A DNA stretch of 64,000 nucleotides, from the NCBI GenBank assembly GCA_963786955.1, contig CAWBAT010000005.1, positions 1,056,001 through 1,120,000 on the forward strand, read 5' to 3'. Made by a program: the position numbers and the translations under genes. The notes under the pieces were generated by a model. That model saw only the letters and a program-made list of their open reading frames with translations, was not told the DNA's origin and did no database searches. Source of the DNA: an uncultured Acidimicrobiia bacterium (lineage in GTDB: Bacteria; Acidobacteriota; Terriglobia; Versatilivoradales; Versatilivoraceae). Shown here piece after piece: positions 17,895-28,989 of the stretch. Numbering within the stretch: the first letter of the stretch is position 1; each line of letters begins with the position of its first letter.

Positions 17895-18959
17895 TCATAG
17901 GATCAGCATACAGTCCCCATAGCTATAGAACCGGTAGCCTAAGAGAATGGCTTGGCGATAGGCTTCCCGAATCAACTCTGGGCCTGCAAAGGCAGAAACC
18001 AGCATCAGCAAAGTGGATCGAGGCAGGTGAAAGTTGGTGAGCAAGCCATTCACGCAACGAAAGGAAAACCCCGGATAGATAAATAGATTCGTTTCGCCCA
18101 CCTCCGGAACCATTTGGCCCCCATGTCTTAAGGCAATGAATTCCAGCGTCCGCGTTACGGTTGTCCCGACTGCGATGACCCGCCTTTTTTCGGCGATGGC
18201 GCATTGAATAAGATTGGCGGTTTCTAAAGTAACCTCGAAAGATTCCGGTTCCATCGAATGTTCTTCAAGTGTGTCACTACGGACTGGCTGAAATGTCCCT
18301 AGACCGACATGCAGGGTAATCTCTTGCCATTGGATTCCCTTGGCTCTAAGCCGATCAAACACGGCCGGAGTAAAGTGGAGACCTGCCGTCGGCGCGGCAA
18401 CAGCGCCACGCCTCTTGGCAAAAACTGTCTGATAACGGTTAATATCTTCTGCGGTATCCGGACGCGCAAGATACGGTGGCAAAGGCACATGTCCGAGTCT
18501 GTCGACCAAGGCTTCGAAGCTACCCTCAAAATCAAATTTTAGTTTGCGGATGCCGCGGAGACCGCGCTCGAGTACCGTACCCTCCAATTCCCCTTTTCCG
18601 AAACTTACCCTTTCTCCAATTCGCAGTTTGCGCCCCGGTTTTACTAACGCTTCCCATACTTTTTCTTCCACTTGCCTGACTAATAGAACCTCAATCTGGG
18701 CACTGCAAGAGCCGGCTTTCCCTTCCATTGCCGCAAAACCGAGCCTTCGCCCCAAAAGGCGGGCTGGGAAAACCTTGGTATTATTCAGCACGACGATATC
18801 GGAGCACTCCAGAAGGTCTGGAAAGTCAGAAAACAAATGGTGCGAGATCGAACCGGTGTTCCGGTGCAGCAGCATGAGTTTCGACTGGTCTCGGCTGGTT
18901 AGCGGGTAAGCGGCGATGCGTTCCGGGGGCAACTGAAAATCAAAATCGGAAACTCTCAC
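17895..18959 (-). CDS. queA: S-adenosylmethionine:tRNA ribosyltransferase-isomerase
   Basis: DFDFQLP, PLPPY, AAPTAGLHF, TNFHLPRSTL, FYSYGD. Confidence 0.97.
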   Translation of the reverse strand: MRVSDFDFQLPPERIAAYPLTSRDQSKLMLLHRNTGSISHHLFSDFPDLLECSDIVVLNNTKVFPARLLGRRLGFAAMEGKAGSCSAQIEVLLVRQVEEKVWEALVKPGRKLRIGERVSFGKGELEGTVLERGLRGIRKLKFDFEGSFEALVDRLGHVPLPPYLARPDTAEDINRYQTVFAKRRGAVAAPTAGLHFTPAVFDRLRAKGIQWQEITLHVGLGTFQPVRSDTLEEHSMEPESFEVTLETANLIQCAIAEKRRVIAVGTTVTRTLEFIALRHGGQMVPEVGETNLFIYPGFSFRCVNGLLTNFHLPRSTLLMLVSAFAGPELIREAYRQAILLGYRFYSYGDCMLIL

Positions 18960-19018
18960 CAGGCAATCAAAACACAACCTCGTTTGGGGTTCAACATATC
19001 TGTGGTAAATTCAGCCCT

Positions 19019-20185
19019 ATGAGCAAGGATCGGGCAGTCATTTCTCTTAAGGGTCTGGAACGCTTGCAGGCAGGGCATTTGTGGATCTATCGGTCTGATG
19101 TTCTGGAGTGCGAAGCGTCCGCGGGAAGCATCGTGGCGGTTTACAATAAGAAGGGGCATTGCGTCGGAAGAGCTTTTTTTAGCGACCGCTCGCAGATTAG
19201 CTTGCGCTTCTTAAGCAGAGAAGATATCCCGATCAATCGCGAATTCTTCGAAAAGAGGCTTCTCCAGGCTTCCGAACTCAGGCAACGAGTCGTGAAAAAC
19301 AGTGAGGTCTATCGACTCGTTCATGCCGAAGCCGATGGGCTTCCGTCAATTATCGTTGATCGTTACGGGGATTTCCTGAGCATTCAGACATTGACACAGG
19401 GTTCAGACTCTGTGAAATCAATGCTCGTGGATCTGCTCGCCGATTTGTTTCACCCGACGGGAATTGTTGAACGTAATGATGGCAAGGTTCGCGAACTGGA
19501 AGGCTTGGACTTGATAAACTCAAGTTTGTACGGGGAAGTTCCTGCTGAAGTCTTGTCTATGGAAAATGGATTTAATTTTCGTTACCAACTGGCCGGTGGG
19601 CAAAAGACCGGGGCGTTTCTCGATCAACGAGAAAATAGAGCCCGAGCGAGTGAGTTTGCTTTTGGACGGGCGTTGGACTGTTTTTGCTATGAAGGCGGGT
19701 TTGCCGTCCAAATCGCTCGAAATTGTGAGGAAGTTGAAGCCCTGGATATTTCTGAAGATGCCGTTCGAAAGGCGGAGGCGAATGCCGAGCTCAACCAAGT
19801 CCACAATGTCCACTTCGAAGTTGAAAATGCCTTTGACCGGCTGAGGCTTCTCGATAACCTCAAAAGGCGATATGATACCATCATTCTTGATCCTCCTGCA
19901 TTTGCCAAGAATCGGAGCCACATGGATGCCGCCTTGCGAGGTTATAAAGAGATTAACCTCCGTGCCTTCCGGCTTCTCAATCCTGGGGGGTACCTCATTA
20001 CCTCTACTTGCTCCCAGCTCATTAATGAAGATACATTTCTGAATGTGCTTTCAGAAGCCTCTACCGACGCAAAACGAGTGGTTCAAGTGATTGAAAAAAG
20101 AACACAATCTAGGGATCATCCCATTTTGTTAACCATGCCAGAAACCTATTATCTTAAATGCATGATCGTCAGAGTAATTCACTGA
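19019..20185 (+). CDS. RlmI-like SAM-dependent rRNA methyltransferase
   Basis: PUA-like N terminus (GHLWIY), GQKTGAFLDQRENR, LDPPAF, PETYYLK. Confidence 0.9.
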   Translation: MSKDRAVISLKGLERLQAGHLWIYRSDVLECEASAGSIVAVYNKKGHCVGRAFFSDRSQISLRFLSREDIPINREFFEKRLLQASELRQRVVKNSEVYRLVHAEADGLPSIIVDRYGDFLSIQTLTQGSDSVKSMLVDLLADLFHPTGIVERNDGKVRELEGLDLINSSLYGEVPAEVLSMENGFNFRYQLAGGQKTGAFLDQRENRARASEFAFGRALDCFCYEGGFAVQIARNCEEVEALDISEDAVRKAEANAELNQVHNVHFEVENAFDRLRLLDNLKRRYDTIILDPPAFAKNRSHMDAALRGYKEINLRAFRLLNPGGYLITSTCSQLINEDTFLNVLSEASTDAKRVVQVIEKRTQSRDHPILLTMPETYYLKCMIVRVIH

Positions 20186-20259
20186 AAGGAATCATTCGTC
20201 ACTATCATTAAATAAATCAAATGTTTACGAAATAAGAAGAAAATTTTTCAATCGGTGAT

Positions 20260-20288
20260 TTGACAACCTTATACTCAGATTTTATTAT
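20260..20288 (+). promoter_or_regulatory. Putative sigma70 promoter of the hsp20-clpB genes
   Basis: TTGACA-17 nt-TATTAT, followed by an AGGAGG RBS. Confidence 0.6.
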
Positions 20289-20323
20289 AACTCTGTACTA
20301 ATCATTAGTTAGGAGGAGATATC

Positions 20324-20776
20324 ATGACAATAGCCAAGTGGGAGCCACTAAGAGATTTGCTGACTTTGCAGGATCGAATGAATCGACTCTTTGACGATTC
20401 TGTAAGAGGGTTACGCCCGGGAGATGAGGGGCTAACTTCTGGGATATGGAGTCCGCCTGTTGATATCTATGAAACGGACAATGAAGTGATCTTAAAAGCT
20501 GAATTGCCTGAAGTGAATCAGAAAGATATCGACATTCAAATTGAGAACAATACGTTAACTCTCAAGGGAGAGCGGAAGTTCGAAAAGGAAACCAAAAAGG
20601 AGAATTTCCATCGCGTTGAGCGTTCTTACGGCGCGTTTTCCCGCTCCTTTACGCTCCCTAACGCGATCGATCAGGACAAGATCCACGCTGACTACAAGGA
20701 TGGTGTCCTGAAAATCTCGATGCCTAAACGTGAAGAGACCAAGCCAAAGCAAATCAAGGTTGCGTTAGATTCATAA
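20324..20776 (+). CDS. Hsp20/alpha-crystallin small heat-shock protein
   Basis: PPVDIYE, ERSYGAFSRSF, DGVLKI, IKV. Confidence 0.95.
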   Translation: MTIAKWEPLRDLLTLQDRMNRLFDDSVRGLRPGDEGLTSGIWSPPVDIYETDNEVILKAELPEVNQKDIDIQIENNTLTLKGERKFEKETKKENFHRVERSYGAFSRSFTLPNAIDQDKIHADYKDGVLKISMPKREETKPKQIKVALDS

Positions 20777-21053
20777 CATAATGGTGGATCCGGACGTTTT
20801 TCTTTAGCACGCAGACGAAGAGGGAGCTGTCTGTGAGATTCCATGCCAGGCCGCCGAGCTAACTTAGCCTTTAGCTCAGCAGAGTGGCGTAATGGCTTCG
20901 GAGGGGATGTGTGTTGAAATAGCCTGGAAACTGTTGTTTGGCCATTATTTCAAGCCCTCCAAATCAAAGCCAATTTGAGGGCAAGGGGCGGGCTTCTTTC
21001 GCCGCTGAGTTCTCCGGAAAAAGAGTCCTGGAAGATTGGAAAGGGGTTTTAGA

Positions 21054-23666
21054 ATGAATTTTGAAAAATTGACTTTGAAGGCCCAGGAAGCCGTTATCGA
21101 GGCCGAACGGCTAGCGGGCGAATTTTCAAACCCGCAGATCGAGCCGGAGCACCTCTTAAGGGCGCTACTCGTTCAATCTGAAGGCATCATCCTTCCGGTT
21201 CTCAACAAACTCGAGGTGTCGCAAGGGTCTTTTTTTCAAGCAGTTGAAGAATCCCTCTCGAAGCTCCCCAAAGTCGAGGGTGTCACGGGCAGGCCGATTT
21301 CGCCGAAATTAAATCGAGTGCTGGAAAATGCACTGAAACAGGCTGATCGCCTCAAAGATGAATACGTTAGCACGGAGCATCTGTTGCTCGCACTGGCAGA
21401 GATCAAAGACACTGCCGCCCAAGGGGTCCTTGCGACTCAGGGGATCACGACGGAGAAGGTTCTAAAGGTGTTGGTCGGCGTACGCGGTCATCAGCGAGTG
21501 ACCGATCAGAACCCCGAGAATAAGTATCAAGCTCTCGAGCGTTATGCTCGCAATCTCACCGATTTGGCTCGCCGAGGAAAATTAGACCCTGTCATTGGAA
21601 GAGACGATGAAGTTCGCCGGGTCATTCAAGTCCTCTCGCGCAGAACCAAGAATAACCCCGTATTGATCGGTGAACCGGGTGTCGGGAAGACAGCCATTGT
21701 GGAAGGTCTGGCACAACGGATCATCGCCGGGGATGTGCCTGAAAGCCTGAAACACAAGAGGTTGGTGGCACTGGACTTGGGTGCGATGATTGCCGGAGCC
21801 AAGTATCGCGGCGAATTTGAGGATCGTCTGAAGGCCGTTTTGAAAGAAATTGCCGAAGCTGAAGGGGAGATTGTTCTCTTCATCGACGAACTCCACACAT
21901 TGGTTGGCGCGGGGGGAGCGGAAGGGGCTGTCGATGCGTCGAACATGCTCAAGCCGGCTTTGGCGCGAGGTGAGTTACGTTGTATTGGTGCGACCACCCT
22001 CAACGAATATAAGAAGCATATTGAAAAAGATGCGGCTCTGGAACGGCGATTCCAGCAAGTCTATGTAGGCGAGCCCACTGTGGAGGACACAATTGCAATT
22101 CTGCGTGGCTTGAAAGAGCGCTACGAAGTGTATCATGGCATCAAGATCAAAGATTCTGCCATTGTCGCGGCTGCCACGTTATCCAATCGTTACATTTCGG
22201 ATCGCTTTCTGCCGGACAAAGCCATCGACCTGGTAGATGAAGCCGCCGCTTCATTGCGCATTGAAATCGATTCAATGCCCGTGGAAATCGACGAGGTGGA
22301 GCGCCGCATTACCCAGCTGGAAATTGAACGCCAGGCCTTAACGAAAGAACAAGATTCGTCTTCCCGCGAACGTTTGAAACTGCTGGAGGCGGAACTTGCT
22401 AACCTAAAAGAAAAATCGGGAGAGATGAAAGCCCGATGGCAGCATGAAAAAGAGGTGATCTCCAAGATTCAAGAGCTCAAGGAGAAGATTGAACAAAGCA
22501 AGCTGGAAGAACAGAAATATGAAAGGGAAGGGAACCTGGGCAAAGTTGCAGAGATCCGCTATGGGTCACAGGTTGATCTCAAACGGCAGTTGGATTCCGT
22601 CAACCAGAAATTGGCCGAGCTTCAACAAAATAGCCGGATGTTAAAAGAGGAAGTCGATGAGGAAGACATCGCCAAAGTCGTGGCCAAATGGACTGGAATT
22701 CCAGTCACCCGGATGTTAGAAGGAGAAATCGGGAAACTGGTTCACATGGAAGAGCGTTTAGAGACCCGGGTCGTCGGCCAAGGTGCCGCCCTCGCTTCCG
22801 TCTCAAACGCGATTCGCCGGAGCCGCTCGGGGCTGCAAGATCAGCAACGGCCGGTGGGGTCCTTTATTTTTCTCGGACCCACGGGGGTCGGGAAAACGGA
22901 GTTGGCGCGTGCGCTGGCGGAATTCCTGTTTGACAGCGAGAAAGCTATGATCCGGATGGACATGTCTGAGTACATGGAAAAGCACTCCGTCGCAAGGCTC
23001 ATCGGCGCACCTCCAGGATATGTCGGCTATGAGGAAGGTGGATTTCTGACTGAAGCCATCAAGCGGCGTCCCTATTCGGTGATTCTCTTCGATGAAATCG
23101 AAAAGGCCCACCCGGATGTCTTTAACATTCTCTTGCAGATTCTCGACGATGGGAGGTTAACGGACGGGAAGGGTCGAACGGTGAATTTCAAGAACACTGT
23201 CATCATCATGACTTCCAATATCGGGAGCACCTGGATTCAAGAGCTCGGCGAGAAGGATCCCGCGCAGATGCAGTCACGGGTGATGGATGCGCTACGCTCC
23301 ACGTTTAAACCTGAGTTCTTGAATCGGGTTGATGACATCATGATCTTCAATTCTTTAGGTCGTCACGAGATCAACCGGATCATCGATATTCAATTGCAGC
23401 GCCTGCAACGCCTGCTGGCAGAAAAGAAACTGTCCATCGAATTGACCGCTAAGGCAAGAGAGTTGCTCTTCAAAGAAGGGTACGATCCGACCTATGGAGC
23501 CCGACCCTTGAAAAGGGCTCTCCAGCATCAGATTCAGGACAAGCTGGCTCTTAAGATCTTGGACGGTGAATTCCTGCCGGGAGATCACATCTTGGTGGAT
23601 GCCGATTGGTCGGCGGGAAAGATGACTTTCAGCAAGACCTCGAGTGAGAAGCAAGTCCATGCTTGA
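21054..23666 (+). CDS. clpB: ATP-dependent chaperone ClpB
   Basis: Two AAA modules ([16 protein letters not shown]), coiled-coil middle domain, GARPL. Confidence 0.97.
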   Translation: MNFEKLTLKAQEAVIEAERLAGEFSNPQIEPEHLLRALLVQSEGIILPVLNKLEVSQGSFFQAVEESLSKLPKVEGVTGRPISPKLNRVLENALKQADRLKDEYVSTEHLLLALAEIKDTAAQGVLATQGITTEKVLKVLVGVRGHQRVTDQNPENKYQALERYARNLTDLARRGKLDPVIGRDDEVRRVIQVLSRRTKNNPVLIGEPGVGKTAIVEGLAQRIIAGDVPESLKHKRLVALDLGAMIAGAKYRGEFEDRLKAVLKEIAEAEGEIVLFIDELHTLVGAGGAEGAVDASNMLKPALARGELRCIGATTLNEYKKHIEKDAALERRFQQVYVGEPTVEDTIAILRGLKERYEVYHGIKIKDSAIVAAATLSNRYISDRFLPDKAIDLVDEAAASLRIEIDSMPVEIDEVERRITQLEIERQALTKEQDSSSRERLKLLEAELANLKEKSGEMKARWQHEKEVISKIQELKEKIEQSKLEEQKYEREGNLGKVAEIRYGSQVDLKRQLDSVNQKLAELQQNSRMLKEEVDEEDIAKVVAKWTGIPVTRMLEGEIGKLVHMEERLETRVVGQGAALASVSNAIRRSRSGLQDQQRPVGSFIFLGPTGVGKTELARALAEFLFDSEKAMIRMDMSEYMEKHSVARLIGAPPGYVGYEEGGFLTEAIKRRPYSVILFDEIEKAHPDVFNILLQILDDGRLTDGKGRTVNFKNTVIIMTSNIGSTWIQELGEKDPAQMQSRVMDALRSTFKPEFLNRVDDIMIFNSLGRHEINRIIDIQLQRLQRLLAEKKLSIELTAKARELLFKEGYDPTYGARPLKRALQHQIQDKLALKILDGEFLPGDHILVDADWSAGKMTFSKTSSEKQVHA

Positions 23667-23803
23667 AGCACGCTCCGGTCATTTGACAGAAGGAACCGTC
23701 AATATTATTTATAGGGTCACCTAAAGCCTGGCGACGTTGTAGAAAACCTTAACTTCAGAAAAGAGTCACCGCAGGCAAATTAAACTCAAGGAGGTAAAAA
23801 CCT

Positions 23804-24298
23804 ATGTCTTTATTAGCTCGAAATCTGTTTGAGGATCTCTTCTCACTGCATCGGGAATTGGACACCCTGTTCGAACACAGCTGGCATTCCTTAGGGCGAG
23901 CCCTTCCCGAGCCCGCAGCTCATTGGGGAGGCTTCTTTCCGGAAATTGAAACCTACACGAAGGACGGAAGTGTGGTCTATCGGCTTGCGATTCCTGGAGT
24001 CGATCCCAAAGATGTTGAGCTTTCCATTGTAGGCGGGGAAATCGCAATCAAGGGGGAAAGGAAATTACCCGTCGAAGTTAAGGATGAGAACTGGCTGGTC
24101 CGAAATTTTCGATACGGCCGTTTTGAAAGAACCTTACGGTTGCCTGAAGGAGTCGACCTAGACAAGGTGAATGCCACTTTCCACAACGGACTGCTCGAGA
24201 TCACGGTGCCTGCCTCGATGGCCGCTCTGCCACGGAAGATCGAAATCAAGCGGGTTGAAAGCGGAGAAGAGAAACCCAGACTCAAAGCCAGCGCCTGA
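23804..24298 (+). CDS. Hsp20 family protein
   Basis: IPGVDPKDVE, YGRFERTLRLP, NGLLEI, IEI. Confidence 0.93.
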   Translation: MSLLARNLFEDLFSLHRELDTLFEHSWHSLGRALPEPAAHWGGFFPEIETYTKDGSVVYRLAIPGVDPKDVELSIVGGEIAIKGERKLPVEVKDENWLVRNFRYGRFERTLRLPEGVDLDKVNATFHNGLLEITVPASMAALPRKIEIKRVESGEEKPRLKASA

Positions 24299-24324
24299 TC
24301 ATTTTTTTCCAATTGGAAAGGATA

Positions 24325-24361
24325 GGGAGATTGGAGTGGCTGTTCCAATCTCCTTTTTTTT
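24325..24361 (+). terminator. Intrinsic terminator
   Basis: GGAGATTGGA-loop-TCCAATCTCC followed by a T-run. Confidence 0.8.
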
Positions 24362-24420
24362 GTGAGATTCTTATCGGGCCCGGAAATACCTCAAATTCTG
24401 CGTCAGAGGAAACAATCTGA

Positions 24421-25113
24421 ATGAAAGAAGCAAAGACTAAAGCGAAAGATGATCAACCCCAAGGAGAGAAAAAAGGACTGCCGATTCCTGTGAAGATTAT
24501 TCAACACGAAGAGGATCCCGTTCGCGTTACCGACAAACGGTTCTGGGTCCAGGATGGGGCTCAGGCAGCGGAGGAAACTCTGCCGTATTCTTTCAAACCA
24601 AGCTTTGTTGAAGAGCTGGAAAAAAAGCTTTCCGATTCGCAAAAGAAAATTGAAGAAGTATTGTCCTCATACAAAGAGGTCAAACAGGAGTCTGCAGCCG
24701 AAATTCAAAAGGCGAGAGAGAGAATCCAGAATGAATTTAACCGTCGCACCGCCAAGACAAAGTCCGATCTCGCCAGCAAATTCATCGATATCCTGGAAAA
24801 CTTCGAAAGGGCATTGGCCATTGCCAGCCAAAAGCATAGCTTTGATAGCCTCCTTGAGGGGGTACAGCTGATTCGAAATCAGTTTATTGCTGCCCTGGCC
24901 GAACACGACGTGACAGAGTTGAACGTGGAAGGGCAGCCCTTCAATCCTGAGTTAGCCGAGGCTGTTGGTGTCATTGACGTGGAAAGTCCCGAGCATGACC
25001 AAATGATCCTAGAAGTCGTCAACAAGGGATATCGCATGGGTGATCTCTTGATACGACCGGCAAAAGTCAAAATCGGACGTGCTACGGTCCCTGCCGATGA
25101 ACCTGGCCATTGA
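24421..25113 (+). CDS. grpE: Nucleotide exchange factor GrpE
   Basis: ILENFERAL, FNPELAEAV, KGYRMGDLLIRPAKV. Confidence 0.88.
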   Translation: MKEAKTKAKDDQPQGEKKGLPIPVKIIQHEEDPVRVTDKRFWVQDGAQAAEETLPYSFKPSFVEELEKKLSDSQKKIEEVLSSYKEVKQESAAEIQKARERIQNEFNRRTAKTKSDLASKFIDILENFERALAIASQKHSFDSLLEGVQLIRNQFIAALAEHDVTELNVEGQPFNPELAEAVGVIDVESPEHDQMILEVVNKGYRMGDLLIRPAKVKIGRATVPADEPGH

Positions 25114-25277
25114 TTCCTTGCTGCAGAATCCTGCAAATTCCAAGTTACAGGGTGCCGCCAATGGAGTCACGCCGGCCTGCTCTCCGCTTCTGGATGGATC
25201 CCTTGACTGACCCGCAAAGCAAAATTGCAAAACGGATTTCTCTTGCCTCCAGATCACTTCCTCCAGGAGTTCTTCCC

Positions 25278-26237
25278 TCACACTTGATGGGGAGTAGGAC
25301 CCGCGCTGCGTAAGCCTTGCAACAAGAGAGGAGTGTAAACCCGCACGCAATTTTTTCCTTCGTGCTTGGCCTTCATTAGCGCCGCTTCAGCAGCATGAAG
25401 GAGGTCTGAAGCCGATTTGAAGTTTTTCCTCCAACAGGTGGCCACTCCGACGCTTCCCGCCACCCGAAACGGGGTTCCCCTAAAAGCAAAGCTTTTCTTG
25501 GAGATAGTGCGGCGGAGTTTCTCTGCTATTGTGATGACCACTTCTTTGTCAGCCTCGGGAGCGAGGAGTACAAATTCCTCCCCTCCAAATCGGCATTTCA
25601 GATCACAGGAGCGGAAACTGTTGAGGAGGAGGTCTCCAATCTGGTTGAGCACCTGATCGCCCATCCGGTGTCCGAAGGCATGGTTGATTCTCTTAAAATC
25701 GTCGATATCCAGGATGATGCAGCTCAGAGGACGGTCATAGCGCTCACTCCGTTCAAACTCGAGTTTGAACTGTGACTCGAAATATTGGCGGTTCGACAAG
25801 CCGGTCAGTGAATCCGTGTAGGCCAAGTGAACTAATTCCTGAAAACATCGCTTATTTTCAAGATATTGTCGCTGGTTTTTCAAAACTGACTGAATCGCTA
25901 CCTTCAGTTCTCTCATTCTGACCGGTTTCAGCAGATAGTCATTGGCGCCCCTCTGGGGTATTTTTACCGTCGGCTCAGCTCTGTCCGGAATCTCACCCGT
26001 CAGCAGGATGACTCCGATCAATGGATGGGTTTCTTTGACGGCTCGAAGAATCTCAAATCCGGAGAGTTTCGGCATCTGGATGCCGCTGATGACTAGATCA
26101 AAATCGCCATTGCGGAATATTTCCAGCGCTCGTTCTGGCTGGTGAGTAGAAATGACGTGGTATTCATGGCGGAGGGCCATCTCAAGCTTGCGAGCAAGGT
26201 TCATCTCATCATCGACGATCAAAATATTCGGCTTCAA
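25278..26237 (-). CDS. REC-GGDEF diguanylate cyclase
   Basis: Receiver fold (ILIVDDE, KP) plus DSLTGLSNR, RxxD I-site and GGEEF. Confidence 0.9.
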   Translation of the reverse strand: MKPNILIVDDEMNLARKLEMALRHEYHVISTHQPERALEIFRNGDFDLVISGIQMPKLSGFEILRAVKETHPLIGVILLTGEIPDRAEPTVKIPQRGANDYLLKPVRMRELKVAIQSVLKNQRQYLENKRCFQELVHLAYTDSLTGLSNRQYFESQFKLEFERSERYDRPLSCIILDIDDFKRINHAFGHRMGDQVLNQIGDLLLNSFRSCDLKCRFGGEEFVLLAPEADKEVVITIAEKLRRTISKKSFAFRGTPFRVAGSVGVATCWRKNFKSASDLLHAAEAALMKAKHEGKNCVRVYTPLLLQGLRSAGPTPHQV

Positions 26238-26363
26238 GTGTTATGCCCTCTCCTGGAAAATGACCCGTTCGAACACGACGGCGAAATTAGCAAATTACAA
26301 GCTAATGACATTTTCGGCATCTGAAGTTTAGGAGCTTAGTTTTTTCGAACGTCGAGAGTTGGG

Positions 26364-26948
26364 CTACTTCGAAAAATCAACTTTGGGGACCTCTCGTGCT
26401 TGTCCTTCTGCCTTAAAATAGGCATCCTCTCGTTGAAACCCGGAGATTGAGGCAATCAGGTTATTGGGAAAGAGTTGGATGTTCGTGTTGTACTTCTGGA
26501 CGACTTCGTTATAGCGACGCCGTTCTACGGCAATTCGGTTTTCCGTTCCCGACAACTCATCCTGGAGTTTAAGGAATTGTTGGTCGGCTTTCAGATTAGG
26601 ATAGTTTTCCACAACGACTAATAATCGGCTCAGAGCACCGTCCAGCTGGCTATTGGCTGCAATTCGATCAGCGGGTGTGCGGGCGCCAGCCAACTGGGCC
26701 CGAGCTGAGGCAATGTCGTCAAAAACCTTTTGCTCATGGGCGGCGTACCCTTTGACGGTGTTCACCAGATTGGGAATCAGGTCTGCGCGGCGCTGGAGGA
26801 CATTATCGACTTGAGCCCAGGCAGCGCGAATTGCCTCCTTCTGCGATACCATTTCATTGCGTCGGCTGACGAACGCACCCCCGAGAAAGATCGCAGCGAT
26901 CAAAAGAAAAGTGAGTATCACACCAAACCCAATCAATAGTTTTTTCAT
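26364..26948 (-). CDS. lemA: LemA family protein
   Basis: QRRADLIPNLVNTVKGYA, ENYPNLKA, ENRIAVERRRYN. Confidence 0.95.
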   Translation of the reverse strand: MKKLLIGFGVILTFLLIAAIFLGGAFVSRRNEMVSQKEAIRAAWAQVDNVLQRRADLIPNLVNTVKGYAAHEQKVFDDIASARAQLAGARTPADRIAANSQLDGALSRLLVVVENYPNLKADQQFLKLQDELSGTENRIAVERRRYNEVVQKYNTNIQLFPNNLIASISGFQREDAYFKAEGQAREVPKVDFSK

Positions 26949-27206
26949 TGTGCTCTCCGCATGAACCGATCATGATCCTGCCCCATGATCGGAGAATTTT
27001 GAATTGCGATTGAACCGCTTTGACTACTAATACAAACGTACGAAGTAAAGTTACACTTTGGCTCATCCTCGAATCATCCCTCCCTCACCCGGCCTTTGGC
27101 CACCGCGTTGGGGCGAGGGATCCGGCCTTATAAGGGCCGAGTTCCACGAGGCCGCGGTTCTCGGCGTCGGCGCGGGGCGCAGCTATGCGCAAACTTGATG
27201 CCTCAC

Positions 27207-28064
27207 TCACCAATCGCTCGACCCGCCGCCGCCGCCACTCTGGCCTCCTCCGAAGCCGCCAAATCCGCCGGAATCTGATCCGCCCCCGCCCATTCCTCCA
27301 AAACCGCCCATCCCACCAGGAAACCCTCCCCCCCGGTAGAATCTTCCCGGCGGCGTTCGATAGATCTGTTTTTTTCTGGCAGACAATAATAAGGGAAGAA
27401 GGAAAAAGATTCCTAAAAAAATCAAAGTCCCTAACGATCCGATTGCAGGGTGTGGCTCTCTGTTATTGTGAATTCTTAAGGGGTTGGCTCCGAGGTTTGG
27501 AGAGAGCTGCACTCCGGAGCTTTCCGCAACCCGACTGGCCAGCGCAAAGGCACCCTGGTAAAGCCCTTCCCCATATTGATTGGCCCGAAAATAAGGACGA
27601 AGAGAGCGGAGAATTTCTCCTGAAATGCCATCCGTGATGACCGGTTCAAATCCATAACCTACTTCGATTTTGGATTTTCGATCCTGTACACCAATCAGCA
27701 GCAGTAGGCCATTGGATTTGTCTTTCTTCCCAATTCCCCACTGTTCAAAAAGCTTGACGGCAAAATCGTCAATCGGTTCCCCCTTCAATGACTCGATCGT
27801 CACGACAGTTAGCTGTGCGCCGGTCTTGTCTTCCAATTCCTGACACAATCGTTCTATCCGCTGCAGGGACGACGGGTCAATGACTCGAGCGAAATCGCTG
27901 ACATAACGGCTCGGCTTAGGAAGCGCTTGGGCATGAACTGCCGCTTGATTCACGAGCAAGGTGTATGAAAAAGCCCAGAAGCACGCAATTGTACTTCCCA
28001 GAATCCATGACTGCTTTGTTCGGTCGGCATTCATCCGTTCAGCCAGACATCCTTTCCCTTTCAT
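27207..28064 (-). CDS. TPM-domain (YgcG-like) membrane protein
   Basis: WGIGKKDKSNGLLLLI, IEVGYG, Gly-rich tail ending GGGSSDW; next to lemA as usual. Confidence 0.9.
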   Translation of the reverse strand: MKGKGCLAERMNADRTKQSWILGSTIACFWAFSYTLLVNQAAVHAQALPKPSRYVSDFARVIDPSSLQRIERLCQELEDKTGAQLTVVTIESLKGEPIDDFAVKLFEQWGIGKKDKSNGLLLLIGVQDRKSKIEVGYGFEPVITDGISGEILRSLRPYFRANQYGEGLYQGAFALASRVAESSGVQLSPNLGANPLRIHNNREPHPAIGSLGTLIFLGIFFLLPLLLSARKKQIYRTPPGRFYRGGGFPGGMGGFGGMGGGGSDSGGFGGFGGGQSGGGGGSSDW

Positions 28065-28302
28065 AGACTATCAGAGAATATAGTACTCAGGGTAGATTTC
28101 CAGCAGATGCCGCTCCCAGGGTTATTGCGATACATTAGGGAGTGATAAACGTTTTTGAGTTTAAGGAAATAGGCAAAATTACGGGTTGCAGCAAGTTGTA
28201 TTTAGGCTATAATCGCAGCATTTTGAAGTCGGAAAGAATCGTCGCATCTTCCTCGTTGAGTTGAGAGGATGTAGTTCAAAATAAAGTATTGAGGTTATCT
28301 AA

Positions 28303-28635
28303 ATGAAGAGAGGAATTACTGTTCTTGCATTGGTATTGAGTCTCGGATTCATGTCAATGACATATCTCAGAGCCGAGGATCAGCCGTCCCCGGCAGATCT
28401 CTATAAGAAGAAATGTGCGATGTGTCACAAAGCGGATGGGAAAGGCTATGCCTCGATGAAGACTCCAGATTTTACCAGCAAGGAGTGGCAGGACAGCAGA
28501 AAGGACGAAGAACTAATTGAGACAGTATCCAAAGGGAAGCCCCCGATGCCCGCTTTCGAAAAGCAACTGAGTCCTGAAGAGATCAAAGCGATCATAACCG
28601 ACGTAGTGCGGAAGTTTGTGGAAGAGAGTAAGTAA
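28303..28635 (+). CDS. Monoheme c-type cytochrome
   Basis: Signal peptide, CAMCH, MPAF. Confidence 0.9.
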   Translation: MKRGITVLALVLSLGFMSMTYLRAEDQPSPADLYKKKCAMCHKADGKGYASMKTPDFTSKEWQDSRKDEELIETVSKGKPPMPAFEKQLSPEEIKAIITDVVRKFVEESK

Positions 28636-28814
28636 GGGCCCGCAAAAACTTCGTGCATAAAAAGGCGTGGAAGAAACTCCACGCTTTTTTTATTTTCACC
28701 CAGCAGAAGCACAGCGTGTCTCCATCCCCAAGTACTGCTTTTCAAAAATACGACGACGTTAACCCCGGGGAGGTGATGAAGCATTGAGAATGCTTCATGC
28801 CTACAACTATGTAA

Positions 28815-28848
28815 TGGGGCTATCTCAAAGCCCCAACCTCACGCGGCG
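28815..28848. repeat. Dispersed palindromic repeat (second copy at 53261-53294)
   Basis: tggggct(a/t)tctcaaagccccaacctcacgcggcg at both sites. Confidence 0.8.
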
Positions 28849-28989
28849 CCTATCCTAAGGTAAGTTGCCGTAATTACGAATAGTAGTACTAAGGAAGTGA
28901 ATCGCCCCAGTAACTTCCTTCGCTCAACATTCTCTTCGAAAGCTCGAATCAATGCAGCCGTTCCGAATGCCGGTTCAGGAAGTTTCTGC

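Noticed and set aside
20804-20830. CIRCE-like TTAGCACGC-N9-GGGAGCTGT before clpB
   Set aside because: The right arm matches only about half of the consensus.
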